DNA of 64,000 nucleotides from Tubulanus polymorphus (lineage: Eukaryota; Animalia; Nemertea), in contig NC_134030.1 of NCBI RefSeq assembly GCF_964204645.1, positions 22,342,210 to 22,406,209 of the forward strand. Direction: 5' to 3'. The notes under the pieces were generated by a model, which saw only the letters and a program-made list of their open reading frames with translations, was not told the DNA's origin and searched no databases. Both the position numbers and the translations under genes were made by a program. Shown here one piece after another: positions 1 through 12,739 of this stretch (position 1 is the stretch's first letter; each line of letters opens with the position of its first letter).

Positions 1-2309
1 GGTCGCAATTTGTAGTCAATAGCCCTTTACAAAATGCCTGTGATGGATGGTTTAAGCGGGTAACTCATATGGTTCTCCGGGAGCACATCGCCGGAAACGC
101 ATTTTCATCGCTATCTTCGTTATCCTCCAGGCTTTTCCCCCTAAACCTCATCAGTACATTTTATGTATTTGCCCTTTAAGGATCCACTAATCCAGTTACT
201 CTTACTTACTCTTGTGTAAGAGAATGTTCGCTTACACTTCAATCAACGTCAATCAAAACAATCACCGGGTATTAAAATGAAACAATACCTATGGCGGATC
301 TGTGAAATGATTACATCCTCACCAGCAATGAGCGTTTGAAATTCGCACGTATACGGCACCTAGTCCAGTGAAACGTTCGCCATTTTGGATTCCCATATTT
401 ATTTTAGTAGCGCCGTATATCCCGAAAATAGCCAATCACATTCGCGCGTAGAGACAACGCCCCCCAATTGCAATTTTATACGCAAGAGCTAAGAATCTTC
501 CCGCCAAAAACAGTTTTTCGTTGAAATTTACCGACGAAGGTTCGCCATGTTTTCAATCGCATGGATTATACTTTAAAGACGTTTAAGCCGAGAACCAATG
601 AAACAAATGCTCACATAAACCACATAAACTAGAAAGAAACTTTTTAATAGGACGACGGAGACATAGAAATTCAAACTTGAACTAAGGGTGAAGATGAGTT
701 CGGTTGGTTGGTAGTGCTTTTCAAAAGCGTTTGCAAGTCTGGTCCAAACGAAGTTCCACTGTTTTAGATAAAGAGTTGAGACTATAGTCAGCCTACAATG
801 CAATTTTAAGGTATTACATAGATTGAAGGCAAAACGAAGCAGTTGGCACTCCTAAGTTTGAAAACTAGACCAGAGGCCTATCAAGGGAAACTTGGTACAA
901 CTGTGGAAATATCCCGATTTACGATTTACAAACGCAAACAACAGAATTGGAATCCAAAAGTTTATTACGTTACGTATGTAAAAGTATAACTAAAGATATA
1001 ATTACGACACCCCAGCTGTTACAAATCTGTGCCGAGACCAATGTGGTCGCGCCGCCGCCCGCCTGGAAAGAGAGCGAGTCCCGCCTTATATACCGGGCTG
1101 ACAATAGAAGTAGATCGACTGTGCATTCTTTTCATGACAAGGCCCCGAGGCTCGATATTACATCAGATACGATTAGAGGGATTGAGAAATGAAGGTATCA
1201 TTTTAGCAATGGTGCATGGATCAGATTCAAAATTGACACAGGGTCTCAGGTAAACATACGTGAATGAGGTTTTAACCATAACACATCGAACCCCAGATAT
1301 CCTCAGGCTAATGGGCACGCAGAAAAATTCGTACAGATATCATATACGTCTATGATTATCAAGCGAATACTATAGACGAGATTATACGATTAATCGCAAA
1401 GGTGGGCTTAAAACGACACTGATGACCAGCCATTAGTGGCATGTTGAAGGAAGAAAGGCGCCTTCGTTCCGCCACTGGCAGGTAGCTCGGGTGGCTCCGA
1501 TTTTCTGTGCGCGGGCTCGTGAGAGGGGTGTCTCCGATTATCCGGCGACTCTCGATGTGTCTGCTCGGGTTTTAATGATAACAAAGATAACACACGTTTA
1601 TTATTAGAAATTTTTAAAAATATATTTATTTTCTGTAAACCATCAAGAAAGCAAATGGTAGACTGGTTGCCTGTCCCATTTGAAGATCGGTAACCAGTCT
1701 AAGCAGATGGTTGTTGATAAACTGGTTGCCGGTCTCTCAGTTGACTGCCAGCGCAAAATTGGACACAGTCAACAAGTCAAGGTTGGTACAAGACATTATT
1801 TTTGTAGTTTATTCATGACGTAAAAGGATTTGACATCCCAATAATACGATTTTTGTGAAGTTGTGTAACGTCATAGTGTTGTGCATGCCAAAATAAACTC
1901 GAAATCTCATTAACTCAGGAAGTTTTGAACTGGGTAACTCATGAACCCGGATATGACGTCTCAGGGCTTCCATAGTTATGAACTCGGAATTCCTCAACTA
2001 AAAACGTCGTCTCAGGGCTTCCATAGTCCACTGAAAATTTCTCTACAAATGTACTGTCTACAATTTCCCCTGATTTTGTGTCCAAAGTGAATAAGCGTAG
2101 CCATAAAACATTCGAAGTCTTGCTGGGTAAAAAACCATCATAGAACAATGAGCATCAGTGCCTGGATTGGTTAAATGTCACCCACCCCACTAGCTTATTT
2201 TAGCCCATTTCTCTTTAATGTTAATATTAGGTTCAGTCGCATATCAAAAAGATTATAGTCAAGTGACCAAATGCTTTTTAGAGGACATTCGAGTCCGGCC
2301 CATACTCAC

Positions 2310-3261
2310 TGATTACATCTGGTTTGTAGATTTTACTTTCTTTCGTTCCTGCTGAATTAGTGGCTACACATTTATACTGTTTACCAGCCTCGGGTACAAT
2401 TTTCCACACTGGTTTAGTTGAGGTAAGATGTAATGCAGTCCAGGTCCCTCCTGCTCCACTGTTCACTTGTAGCTGGAAGTGTAGACCAGTCGCTGCAGTA
2501 TTACTTTGTTTACAGGTAATACTAACAGTTTTACCTTCCTGCGACAGTAATACACCTGTACCCGGTAATACATTCACACTGTCCAGTACAACTCCATCAG
2601 GTGCTGAAATATCAAATACACAATATACGTAATATTCTTGTACCCGGTAATACATTCACACTGTTCAGTACAACTCCATCAGGTGCTGAAATATTAAATA
2701 CACAATATACGTAATATTCTTGTACCCGGTAATACATTCACACTGTTCAGTACAACTCCATCAGGTGCTGAAATATCAAATACACAATATACGTAATATT
2801 CTTGTACCCGGTAATACATTCACGCTGTCCAGTACAACTCCATCAGGTGCTGAAATATCAAATACACAATATACGTAATATTCTTGTACCCGGTAATACA
2901 TTCACACTGTTCAGTACAACTCCATCAGGTGCTGAAATATCAAATACACAATATACGTAATATTCTTGTACCCGGTAATACATTCACACTGTCCAGTACA
3001 ACTCCATCAGGTGCTGAAATATCAAATACACAATACACTTAATATTCTTGTACCCGGTAATACATTCACACTGACCAGTAAACCTCCATCAGGTGCTGAA
3101 ATATTAATACCAGTCTATAAAACCGGACGTTGCAGTTTAGAAGTAGTTCATCATTTTAACTCACCAGTATTTCTCTTATTTCGTACCGATACAGCTTCTG
3201 AATTGAACGAGATTGTCAGCAGTAGAATTACATCGATTACCAACCAGATCCAGTTCTTCAT
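2310..3261 (-). CDS. Gene C (partial): leader exon and first Ig exon of a gene A paralog; the rest probably lies beyond the window start
   Basis: Exon 3165-3261 encodes MKNWIWLVIDVILLLTISFNSEAVSVRNKRNT (signal peptide plus RNKR), donor G|gtgagt, phase 1. Exon 2310-2603 encodes an Ig domain (SITC...YKCVATNSAG) about 78% identical to gene A D1, with a 7-aa deletion. I found no further exon in 1-2300. Confidence 0.75.
2557..3110. repeat. 82-bp tandem repeat spanning the intron/exon boundary of gene C Ig exon (7 acceptor copies)
   Basis: Unit gtacccggtaatacattcacactgtccagtacaactccatcaggtgctgaaatatcaaatacacaatatacgtaatattctt. Acceptor AG positions run from 2604 to 3096 in steps of 82. Confidence 0.95.
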
Positions 3262-3352
3262 CTTTAGATCATGCGTCACCTTTAGACTAGAGTAAATGAA
3301 CAACCCAGAATTGGTATATGAAAATACTTTATTCCTATCTTAAGTTCAACAA

Positions 3353-4298
3353 CCAGGAAGAAAGACACTCTAAATATTTGGATAGATATATGAAAGCTGT
3401 GGATACTGGAGTGTGTAATGGGTAGTGTAGTGTGATCTGTGTGCATTTGTGGCCAGCACACAGATCACATTGTCTATTGGTGTTCGGTCCAGGACTCGCG
3501 AGATTTTCAACAACACGGAAGTAACGGGTAATAAATGATGACTTGAATTGCATGACTACCTACCACCCCTCATTATTGTTGGAAAACTAAACGTTCGGCA
3601 CTGACTAAAAATTAGTAATAACATTTTAGAAATGGCCAGAATTTTAACTTAGGTTCTATCTCATTTTTATTTTACAATTGCGATTGGTATAATTTTTTTT
3701 TAAACGGCCGTTAAGGCTTCATGTTTCGTCTGCAATTCACTGCAAATAGTTACGCAACTACGCACATTTCAGTGTTTTGGCAGCTGTACACTCAATCGGC
3801 ACCGTTCGTGACTAGCTTCACTGCGGAATTATCATTAATTAACATCGCCATATCACATCATCAACTTATATTGTGCCTTAAAACCCTAACAGCCGAAATA
3901 ATTGAAATGCACACACGATTTCTATCATTGAAAATTGAGAGAATGGCCGTGTTTTTGTTCTGCTGCTTCGCGTAAATCCCGCGCGGCCGCGCGGAGTGGG
4001 GCCGATACGTCCAGTTTTTATCGGTTGTTTTCCTTTTACGTAATCTATTCCATAAATACATTTTATCTTACATGTTATATCATTCTTTCTTGTAGAGTAG
4101 TTTCTATTATCCGCCAATCAATATTAGTCACCTTAATATAACAAACCTCATTTAGGATGATGCGATCTTGGAGTAATCATTTGTCAAATGATTACTCCAA
4201 GACGCGATACAGCTTCTGCATTAAACTTGATTGTCAGCAGTAGAATTACCAACCAGATCCAGATCTTCAACACATTAACGTGTTACGACCTTGAAATA
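3353..4298. repeat. About 950-bp segmental duplication, copy 1 (copy 2 at 20413-21359)
   Basis: Near-identical direct copies. The ORF track shows identical peptides at 3861-4141 and 20922-21202. Confidence 0.95.
4202..4270 (-). pseudogene. Decayed copy of the gene C leader exon (second copy at about 21263-21331)
   Basis: Reads (L)KIWIWLVILLLTIKFNAEAVS versus MKNWIWLVIDVILLLTISFNSEAVS. ATG is changed to TTG and the 3-prime part is replaced by a 35-bp palindrome. Confidence 0.75.
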
Positions 4299-4766
4299 TG
4301 TTTGGATACCATAAAAGTTTCGATACTTCGCTCTTCTTACACGTCTCATGTATATATGTGTTCATATAGAAACGCTATCATCGAATTTGAATTTTACGAC
4401 AGATAAAAGACTATGCATACAGTTTTATGATAATGACCCAAATAAACAAGATGATAAAAAATAGGCAAATATAGGCCTACACTTCCTAAAAAAAGATAAA
4501 AAGGCATCCATAGCCTACTTTTCCGAATGTGGTGTGACTCATTATCGGATTTCGGTAAAAGTGCAGATCCGCACCTCTCGTGATTGACGCAATCTACTGA
4601 ATGACAGAATCCAGGCTTAAAATCTTTTTAGTGAAGATTTAAGATTAACCAATGTAGGGTTTTCAAGGGAAAATTTTCCAAACACTATACAAACAATTTA
4701 AAAGGCCTAGATGAAAGAAGGGTTTAATATAAGATCATAGCAATTTACAGAACTAAAATCGGTCTA

Positions 4767-4824
4767 ACAATCAAAAATAAATAGACTTTAGTAGTCGACT
4801 AAAAGTCTATTTATTTTTGATTGT
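4767..4824. repeat. About 57-bp AT-rich hairpin
   Basis: acaatcaaaaataaatagacttt ... aaagtctatttatttttgattgt. Confidence 0.8.
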
Positions 4825-4883
4825 CCACGATCTTTTTGGGATATTTCGCTTAATTTTGGGTGTGCATACCTCAAATAGGTCTT

Positions 4884-5480
4884 AATCGAATCAGTAGAGT
4901 TGTGCAGTCCAGATAAATCATCGTTTTTGTATCCATTTTACACTGTTTAGAAGGATTGATGAATATTCTCGAAAGTTGAGGTTTAAATCGGCGAGAAAGA
5001 CCACCATTTTGTTCGTTTTTGCTTATTTCTTTATGCAAATGAGGCATTGCACACATGCGCAATGAGGCGAGGATGCGTCAATTATATCATGGGGGATGTA
5101 GCAGCTTCTTGTCTCCAAGAGACCAATCAACGACTCACAATATTACTCTAGAAAGCCGTTTTAGTGAATAAAGATGGCTTTGTCAAAGGTATCAGTTGTT
5201 TGGCAATGATTTAGGCCTATGATAGCGCAACCATTATGGCCGTACCCACGTAGTGAAACACGTGCGAGCAACGTACTCTCCCCATAAAAAAATAAGCTTA
5301 CCCAGATCACATGGTACACACTGCTCATTTGCATAAGAAGTAAACAAACTGGAACATAATGGCGGTCTCTCGCCGATTTAAAGCTCAACTTTCGAGAATA
5401 TTCATCAATCCTTCCACTTGGTACAAAATGGATATAAAAACGATCATTTATCTGGACTGCACAACTCTACTGATTTGATT
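4884..5480. mobile_element. MITE/foldback element with terminal inverted repeats over 120 bp
   Basis: 4884-5010 is the reverse complement of 5358-5480 (cagtagagttgtgcagtccagataaat / atttatctggactgcacaactctactg). Confidence 0.8.
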
Positions 5481-8400
5481 CACAGGGACTTGTCACAATT
5501 GATAGTGAATGAATAAAACCAATATCAATGACCAGGTCCACTATCCCTGTATAATATAAAAACAAGGGTGGCAACTAATCGTCTATCTGACAATGACTTC
5601 TCCACTTCAATCGACTGTAATTCCAAAAATTCTCAACCGATTCACATGAAATAAGCTTTAATACAACCTAGAAGACTTTTTGCTTCGAACGAGCCTTCAA
5701 CCACCACTCTCCGACAATTATCCCACAACGTAATCACCTTTTTTGACGAGAGATAGCTCAAAATGGAGGTCGACCGATTCTATGGTGGACAGCAAAATGG
5801 TCGTTTTTTCACTTCAAACGATGATTTCTATGTGAGATCTTAGAGAAAACCCCAACAAACCATACATTTTTTTAAACTACGCGGTCATAACTGTACGCTA
5901 ATCTCATTTATTTGTATAATCCACGAGATGGGTGAGCTCACAAGCTAAAAATCGAAAATGAGGACGAACACGGCGTTCAATTTGTCATCAACTGGGCGGG
6001 GTCAGGTATCACTCCCGAACTCGCTTCCACCAGCCCCCTGGCCTCACGAAGCGTGATTGGCGCTGTTGCGCATGACGTCATATATCGATTTGCGAAATAC
6101 TTCCTTGTTCAGTTAAACGTTCGCTGATTGGTCAATTTAACGGGAAAACCAATGGAAGCCTAAAGTCGTTTGTTACAAGTGCTGTGATTGGTACGACTTG
6201 ATTCTGGTCGGCTAGTAACGACTCTAACGACTCGTGAGGTCAAGGGGTTCGGCGAACAGCTTTAGCGTAGTGGGTTCGAATCCCTTGACGGGTGAAGATG
6301 AGTATGGCCCAATATCGTTGTGTCCGGTCCAGGTGTCCATTATCCAAAAGAAATATATTTCTGGTTTGAATAAAATGTTGCCTATGTTGGTTTTCATATA
6401 ATTGACGATGACTGTACGAGTCACCGTATTATACGCAGTAAATATTGAAAAAACGGTGGCGCTAGCGGACGGACACCCGTACTGTAAATAATTCATATCT
6501 CGTATGTCATATGTCGTATCTCGTATGTTGCATCTCATATCTCGTATGTTATATCTCATATCTCGTATGTCCTCTGAGGTCTTCCATAGAAAACACGAAG
6601 ATTTAAAATATAAGTTGGAAAACTATCAAAAATAAAAACTGTCGTTTCGGTTTGAAAGTTTTATATAAATCCCTGTAGGTCACCTGGTCTATCATGCCAC
6701 ATGTATGCAATACAGAGAAAATGGCGGCCAATGGCAAAATTGGTGGAGAAATTAATCAATTTCTCAAAATAATGTTGATTAATCGCTCGTAACATACATA
6801 AAATTGGATTATTTCAAAAGGTACCTGTGTTAGTTCGAGATTTAAGCCATTAATTGTGGACTGAAGTGAATAGAAAATATATTTTTGAAGTGTTACTTTT
6901 TTTCAACCGTGTTTTGGCCCTTGTCATCCCTAACGTTGGGTCGACCTAATAATTAGGTATTTGGGTTATGTATTATGGTGGATTTCCCAGTTCATTACGT
7001 GACGTCACCTAGATGCTTTTGGATGGGTTCGAATCCCACAAGAACTATCACTTTGTATTGCCAATACACAACATTTTATCATCACAATTCATCCACGTCT
7101 GTTTCTGTTTTGATATTGCGAGTCTCAATGTTATAATAATTTCTTTTTATCGAAATGAGATAAATGCCTGTTTTCTAGAAATACTTTCTTAATTATGCTC
7201 CATAAGATTCCTTTTACGAATATTGCCGATTGTGCTTCATAGATTCAATTAAGTCATACAACATTTTTGATACAAATCTTTATTTTGTCTTTCAAATTAG
7301 ACAGAGTTTACTACATCAATTATTAAGAATTATGGAAGTGCCTTTTTAATTAGCCTACTGCGCCTCGCGGAGCATGGACTTTCTCACGATTTGGAGGCGA
7401 AGGGAAATGTAATGAAAAATTTCAAAACATAATTCATAATAAGCATTTCAAAATGGAAGAACAAGATGTTTATATTATTTGAGTGTTTTCCACATAAACC
7501 TCTGAAGAACTGCAGAAAAAGGATCGAGTGGGAATTATAATTAATTTGCATGTCACGAGATTGATGAAGGTTACTAAAGATTAAGACGGGCATAACCAAA
7601 AAATATTTTTCGTTGAAAAATCATCATGAAATTTATGATTTTTGTAGAATTCTGTCTGGGAGGTGGAATCAGTACTCCTTTCGTTATTTAAAAAAATGCC
7701 TCATACCGGGAGGTGCCCCTGATACAGAAAACCGGCATGGATCTGTGCTTTTAGAAATCATATTTTGTTAAATTGACATTCAAAAGATAATCCAATTATG
7801 TAGGTACTCTGAATTTGATGAAAAACAATCTTCAATCCCACAGGAAGTTAATTATCCATCGGTGTTGAAACGTTGTCAAAATTTTATACATAGCCCAAGC
7901 CAAGGATGTAGATTTTGATATTTCGGATACAATTTCTTTTTTGTATAAGTAAATTATGATTGAGAAAAAAACTGAATTTTACATGTAGTATTTTCATTTG
8001 TATGTACTCTTATGAAATTGTACAAAACAGCTAACTAATATTGCCTAGCTATCAAAATCCAGTTTGATTCTGATTCTGCAAAATTTGAATTAATTTTCTT
8101 TTCCGGCTCAATCGGCATATCCGACGAGCTTTCAGACATTTTAACAGTTAAAAAATATAAAGAGGATCCCACAATTATAAGGAAAATATTAAGTCCATTA
8201 TATGTTAATAATGTTTCCTTGAGCAGTAGTTTATTCGACGCTTTGACTATCCTAATACAGTACTCTTCAGTCTAGTTAGTTACCGAATCGTTGGTGGTAA
8301 GCTTTTTATTATCGGATGGGCTTATACCAACTGTTATCCATGTGGTTTGTGAAAGTATCCGATCGTGAAACTAAACCACAGTCAGGTTACTGACTATCTT

Positions 8401-9038
8401 CAGTCAAGTTCGTTATCCGCTGCTAGTGACGTCATACATGGATGATGTCATTATATAGACACGCCTTGATGGCTTAGTGACACCGTATTCTGAGGTATGG
8501 AAACGTAAAGCTCGACCCTAACGTTGGTATCCGATTATAAAAAGCTTCGCTTCTCAGGTTTCCAACAACATCGGGCAAATTATCCGATGATATAACAACC
8601 GCTGCAGCGTGCGTCCTATGCGTGACAACATGTCCGGTTCCAGCAGTTGACCATTCTTGCAAAGTCATTACAGCCATTACTTATCGAAACCTAGGCACAA
8701 GATTTTAAATCTGCAGTGCCGGTCAGATCTTGCCAACGGGTTCTCCACCATTTGTAGTGACTAGCATTTTCAGTGCGCTAAGGAACTACTAGCTCCAAAT
8801 AAATCCAAAGTCGTCAATGTTTCATCTTGATAAAATATATTTCATTCAAATGCGAAACAACTGCTCAGTACAAACTGCAAACTAAAAGTTTGTGTAATGT
8901 GTCTTATTCTATCTCAATTATCTCTTAAATATATTCATAGTAACAAAAACTTAGGTATGAAAAACAAAGGTGACAGACAGTGAGCTGACGATTTGAGCGC
9001 CAACATGGCATAAACAAAGACAGTGAGGACATAAAGGT

Positions 9039-9338
9039 GGGCGTAGGTCGGCCTTGCGACTCACTGCGACGCGATTCACTGCGACCGCCAGCGACGATCG
9101 CGTCACAACGACTCACCGACCTACGCTACCTTGCGACTGCCAGCGACGGGTTGCGACTGCCAGCGACGCCAGTCGCAATGAGTCGCACATGTTCTACTTT
9201 CTGCGACGTGACGCGACCGATCTGCGCGCTGTTGCGACTGGCAGCAACTAGTCGCACACAGTCGCTGACAACCGACTTGCGCGGCCACTTGTGACGCAAC
9301 ACGACGATCGCGTCGCGGCGCAAGGCCGACCTACGCCC
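9039..9338. mobile_element. GC-rich MITE with 20-bp TIRs (PIF/Harbinger-like)
   Basis: TIR gggcgtaggtcggccttgcg / cgcaaggccgacctacgccc; internal gcgac subrepeats. Confidence 0.8.
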
Positions 9339-9389
9339 GGCTTATGACTAATTATTTTACAAACACGACTAACAAATATATTTCTACAC

Positions 9390-9548
9390 ATGACAACACA
9401 AGTTGCTATAACTGGACTGACCGCTGTGAGGGACGATGGAATGAATTGTGATGATGCCGAAAATATTGGAAACAAAATCCAGATTCAAATGGACAACCAG
9501 AGTTTCAATGATGCTAAAATAAAGCGCACATTTAAGTCAAAACCCTAG
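9390..9548 (+). mobile_element. Possible DNA transposon ORF relic
   Basis: ITGLTAVRDDGMNCDDAENIGNKIQIQMDNQSFNDAKIKR resembles, from memory only, a TG.....NCDxA..IG motif in invertebrate transposon ORFs. Short and isolated. Confidence 0.3.
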
Positions 9549-11390
9549 AGGACTTGAAGCTGCGATATGACGTAATTTTGATGTCATAAATGCAATATGA
9601 CGCCATTGTGATGTCATGTGTGTGTTTAAGAACATTTTTGGATCCTCCAATAGTGGTTTTATATGAGTGAATAATACATTTCATGGGCTTGAAATGAATA
9701 TTTTTTGAGTTATTTCATGCTGATTGTGAGCAGGGGGTCAAAAATTTTAACGCCATCCCCCCACAAAATTCTTTTTCCCCAAGCCGGATTTTTGCTGTGA
9801 ATTTTTGGGGAGGTCTACACATCACCCTGATTCGGAAAAACCATAGTTTGCGTACTGTCTAATTTTTTCCCGCAAATTTTCCAATTCTACCAGGCTAAAA
9901 TAGGGTTGGAAGATTAACTCTAAATACGTTAATCATGCCGACCTGTTTCAGTCGTTGTCATCTGAAACCTTTGACAGGTTTGAAAGTCCGGAGAGACAAG
10001 AAGAGTTGCTCTAAATTGCGTATCGTAGTTTATTTCCAACTTCGAACTCCAGGCGGTGTATGCTTGCTTGTAGCTAAGAGATATATTCTTCAACTCACTA
10101 CCTCAGCTATAACGCTCAGCACATTGATTAGAGTGTTTATCAATGATAAGTAGTCGAATTCGAGTGAAGACACATTTTTTGTTAAAAGAAAGTGGATGAA
10201 TCATAATCACGACGATTACAATAGTGTTTTCTGTGAAACAACAGAAAACCCTAATAACCCCAGAAACTGTATCTCAAGCCCATCGGCTGTGGATTTTTAT
10301 GTATTTGTGTATTTGCAGAAACATACAATAATATATCAAGAAAATGTGCCACGGCCAAACATAGAAAAAATCTAGTCAATTTACAAAATACAATGTTATA
10401 TGTGTTACACATTTTTGTGGCCGGGACAGATTTCAACAACAACAACAACAAATGTCGTACTTGTTTCTCTTTGCGTCTCTTTGTTTTATTCGCTATCTTT
10501 TAGTTATGGATGATTTAATACAAAAACAGATAATACATTCCTGAGCAATATATTTCGAAAAACACAGAAGGCGACATCTGCTCACATTCCACAGTAACTA
10601 AGTATCCTATACAAAATACTGATTCTTGAATTGAAGCGATACAAAAATGGCAGCTCTTAAAAATTACGTACATATTAAGAAATATTATATGATAAAATAC
10701 AACATGACGCAGCGCACGATTCTATTATAGCATGCTTCGTGAAAAATAATTTAAAAAATTTGTAAAAAATGAACGAAAAGTAAACTTGAATGAAATGTAT
10801 GTCATCAGATATCTGAACTCATTATATGTATTTTAATTGTTTAAAGCCTCATGAAAAATAAATGATGTCATTAAAATTGAAAGCTTAATGTTTTTATTAA
10901 CATTATGAGTAGTTAGTTTCATCTCAAATTCTCATAAATTCATCTCTAATTCTCATAACTCTCCCTTGGCCTTTTTTTCCGTGGCCATTTTTTCCTTGGC
11001 CATTTTTTCCTTGGCCATTTTCCGTTCACCCACGATTGCCACGTATCATCAGCAAGAATCAAGTAAAGTTATATAATTATCCTATTAACCTGTCAAGGCA
11101 ACTCAAATTAAGCAAACAGGAATTAATACATTATAAAAATATGAATGATATAAACACATTTGACCTATGAATCTGATAGTTTTATCTGATAGTTTGAAGT
11201 TTACCTTCAGCTTCTGAGATCAAACACAATTTCGACACAGTCCTTACTGTGTCTATCGATCTCCAATTTATAAGTTGAGAGCCCTTTTCTATATTTTCCT
11301 TCATTACTATAACATATGCATCAACTAGGTTTAATTTCCTCAAACGAGCCATTACCTCGTTGAGCCGCACTCGAAACATATCTAAAGTAC

Positions 11391-12723
11391 GGTATACGGG
11401 AAAATGCCACCAGTAAAAATGACAGTTTTTGTTAAGTAGGAAAAAATGCTACCAGGAAGAAATACCGCTATTAAGATACTAAAATAAGTTGACTGCATTA
11501 ATTGTCAGTCATTTTATCAATGATCCCTTTCTATTCAATTTCCAACTGACAATTGTATTTGGCTGTAATTCAGTACCCCTAAGTTTCTCCACTTTAAAAT
11601 CTTTAGTTTGTGGCTGATTCTATGTTGCTTATAACCCTAGCTAGCTTACGAGTATTAACTATTAACCTTAATACTCCCTTACTCTGCTTGTTCATTACTG
11701 CTTTTATACTGCATATTACCCCGCCCTTGTTTATATAACGATGAAAATAGAAATACTAAGTGCTGCATGTATCACTCTATTCTTAGTTAAAATTGAATTC
11801 ATAATCAGTAGTAAAGTATCAGTTATATTTCGAACGTGTATAACATCTGGATAGAAAAATTCTGAAAATAAGCATTTCATTATCATTATTAGTTCATTTT
11901 GAAGTGTTGAAAAATCATTGATGGCATCTTTTTCCAACAGTGATTTCCAAATTTAAAAAAAATGTCCCGGAAAATATGTTGCCAGAAAAAATGCCCCAGG
12001 GAAAGAATATCCCCAGAAAAATGTCCCATAAGGTAGAAAAAAATGTCTCAGTCTATCATTACTATTTCATACAATTTCACATCAAAATAACACGAGAGAA
12101 CCAACTTGGTAATTGCGTAAAAATGATACCAGTGAAAATTATAGTAGGCAAAAATACTACCAATGATTTTTTGTATCCAGATTATATACACATTAGATTA
12201 AAATGATTATTTGATAATTAATTAATGTACATGGTATTTTCATTTTTATAATTATATTAACAAGGGGGTAACATGCAGTATAAAAGCAGTTTATACCCCC
12301 TAGTTAACTCTGCTTGAAATTTGCTTAGTTTTTAACTGCTTTTATACTGCATGTTACCCCCTTGTTAATATAAAAAGGTACTTATATCTACTATTGTACC
12401 TTAATACCCCTTAGTTTTACTCTGCTTGAAATTTGCTTAGTTTTTAAGGTTCAATAGTAAATATAAGTACAAGCCAGGGTTAACATAAAACACGAAAATA
12501 AGCTACAAACTAAAGAAATTTAAAAGGGGGAACTTCAGAAGTACTGAATTACAACCAAATACAGTACTTGGTTGGTAATAGAAAAAAGGACATTGATAAA
12601 ATGGCTGAATTAATGCAGTCAACTTAAATCTATGTATGTAAATAAATTAATTTTTTCCTGGTGGCATTTTTTCCTTCTCATACAAGAAAATGTCGTTTTT
12701 ACCGGTGGCATTTTCTGTATACC
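11391..12723. mobile_element. 1.3-kb foldback element with long imperfect inverted arms
   Basis: Ends ggtatacgggaaaatgccacc / ggtggcattttctgtatacc. Arms about 11391-11670 versus 12445-12723, with further internal inverted segments. Confidence 0.8.
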
Positions 12724-12739
12724 CCATCGAACATCCTCA

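Noticed and set aside
6257-6300. tRNA-like B-box (ggttcgaatccc), also near 7026
   Set aside because: No cloverleaf or properly spaced A-box; at most SINE debris.
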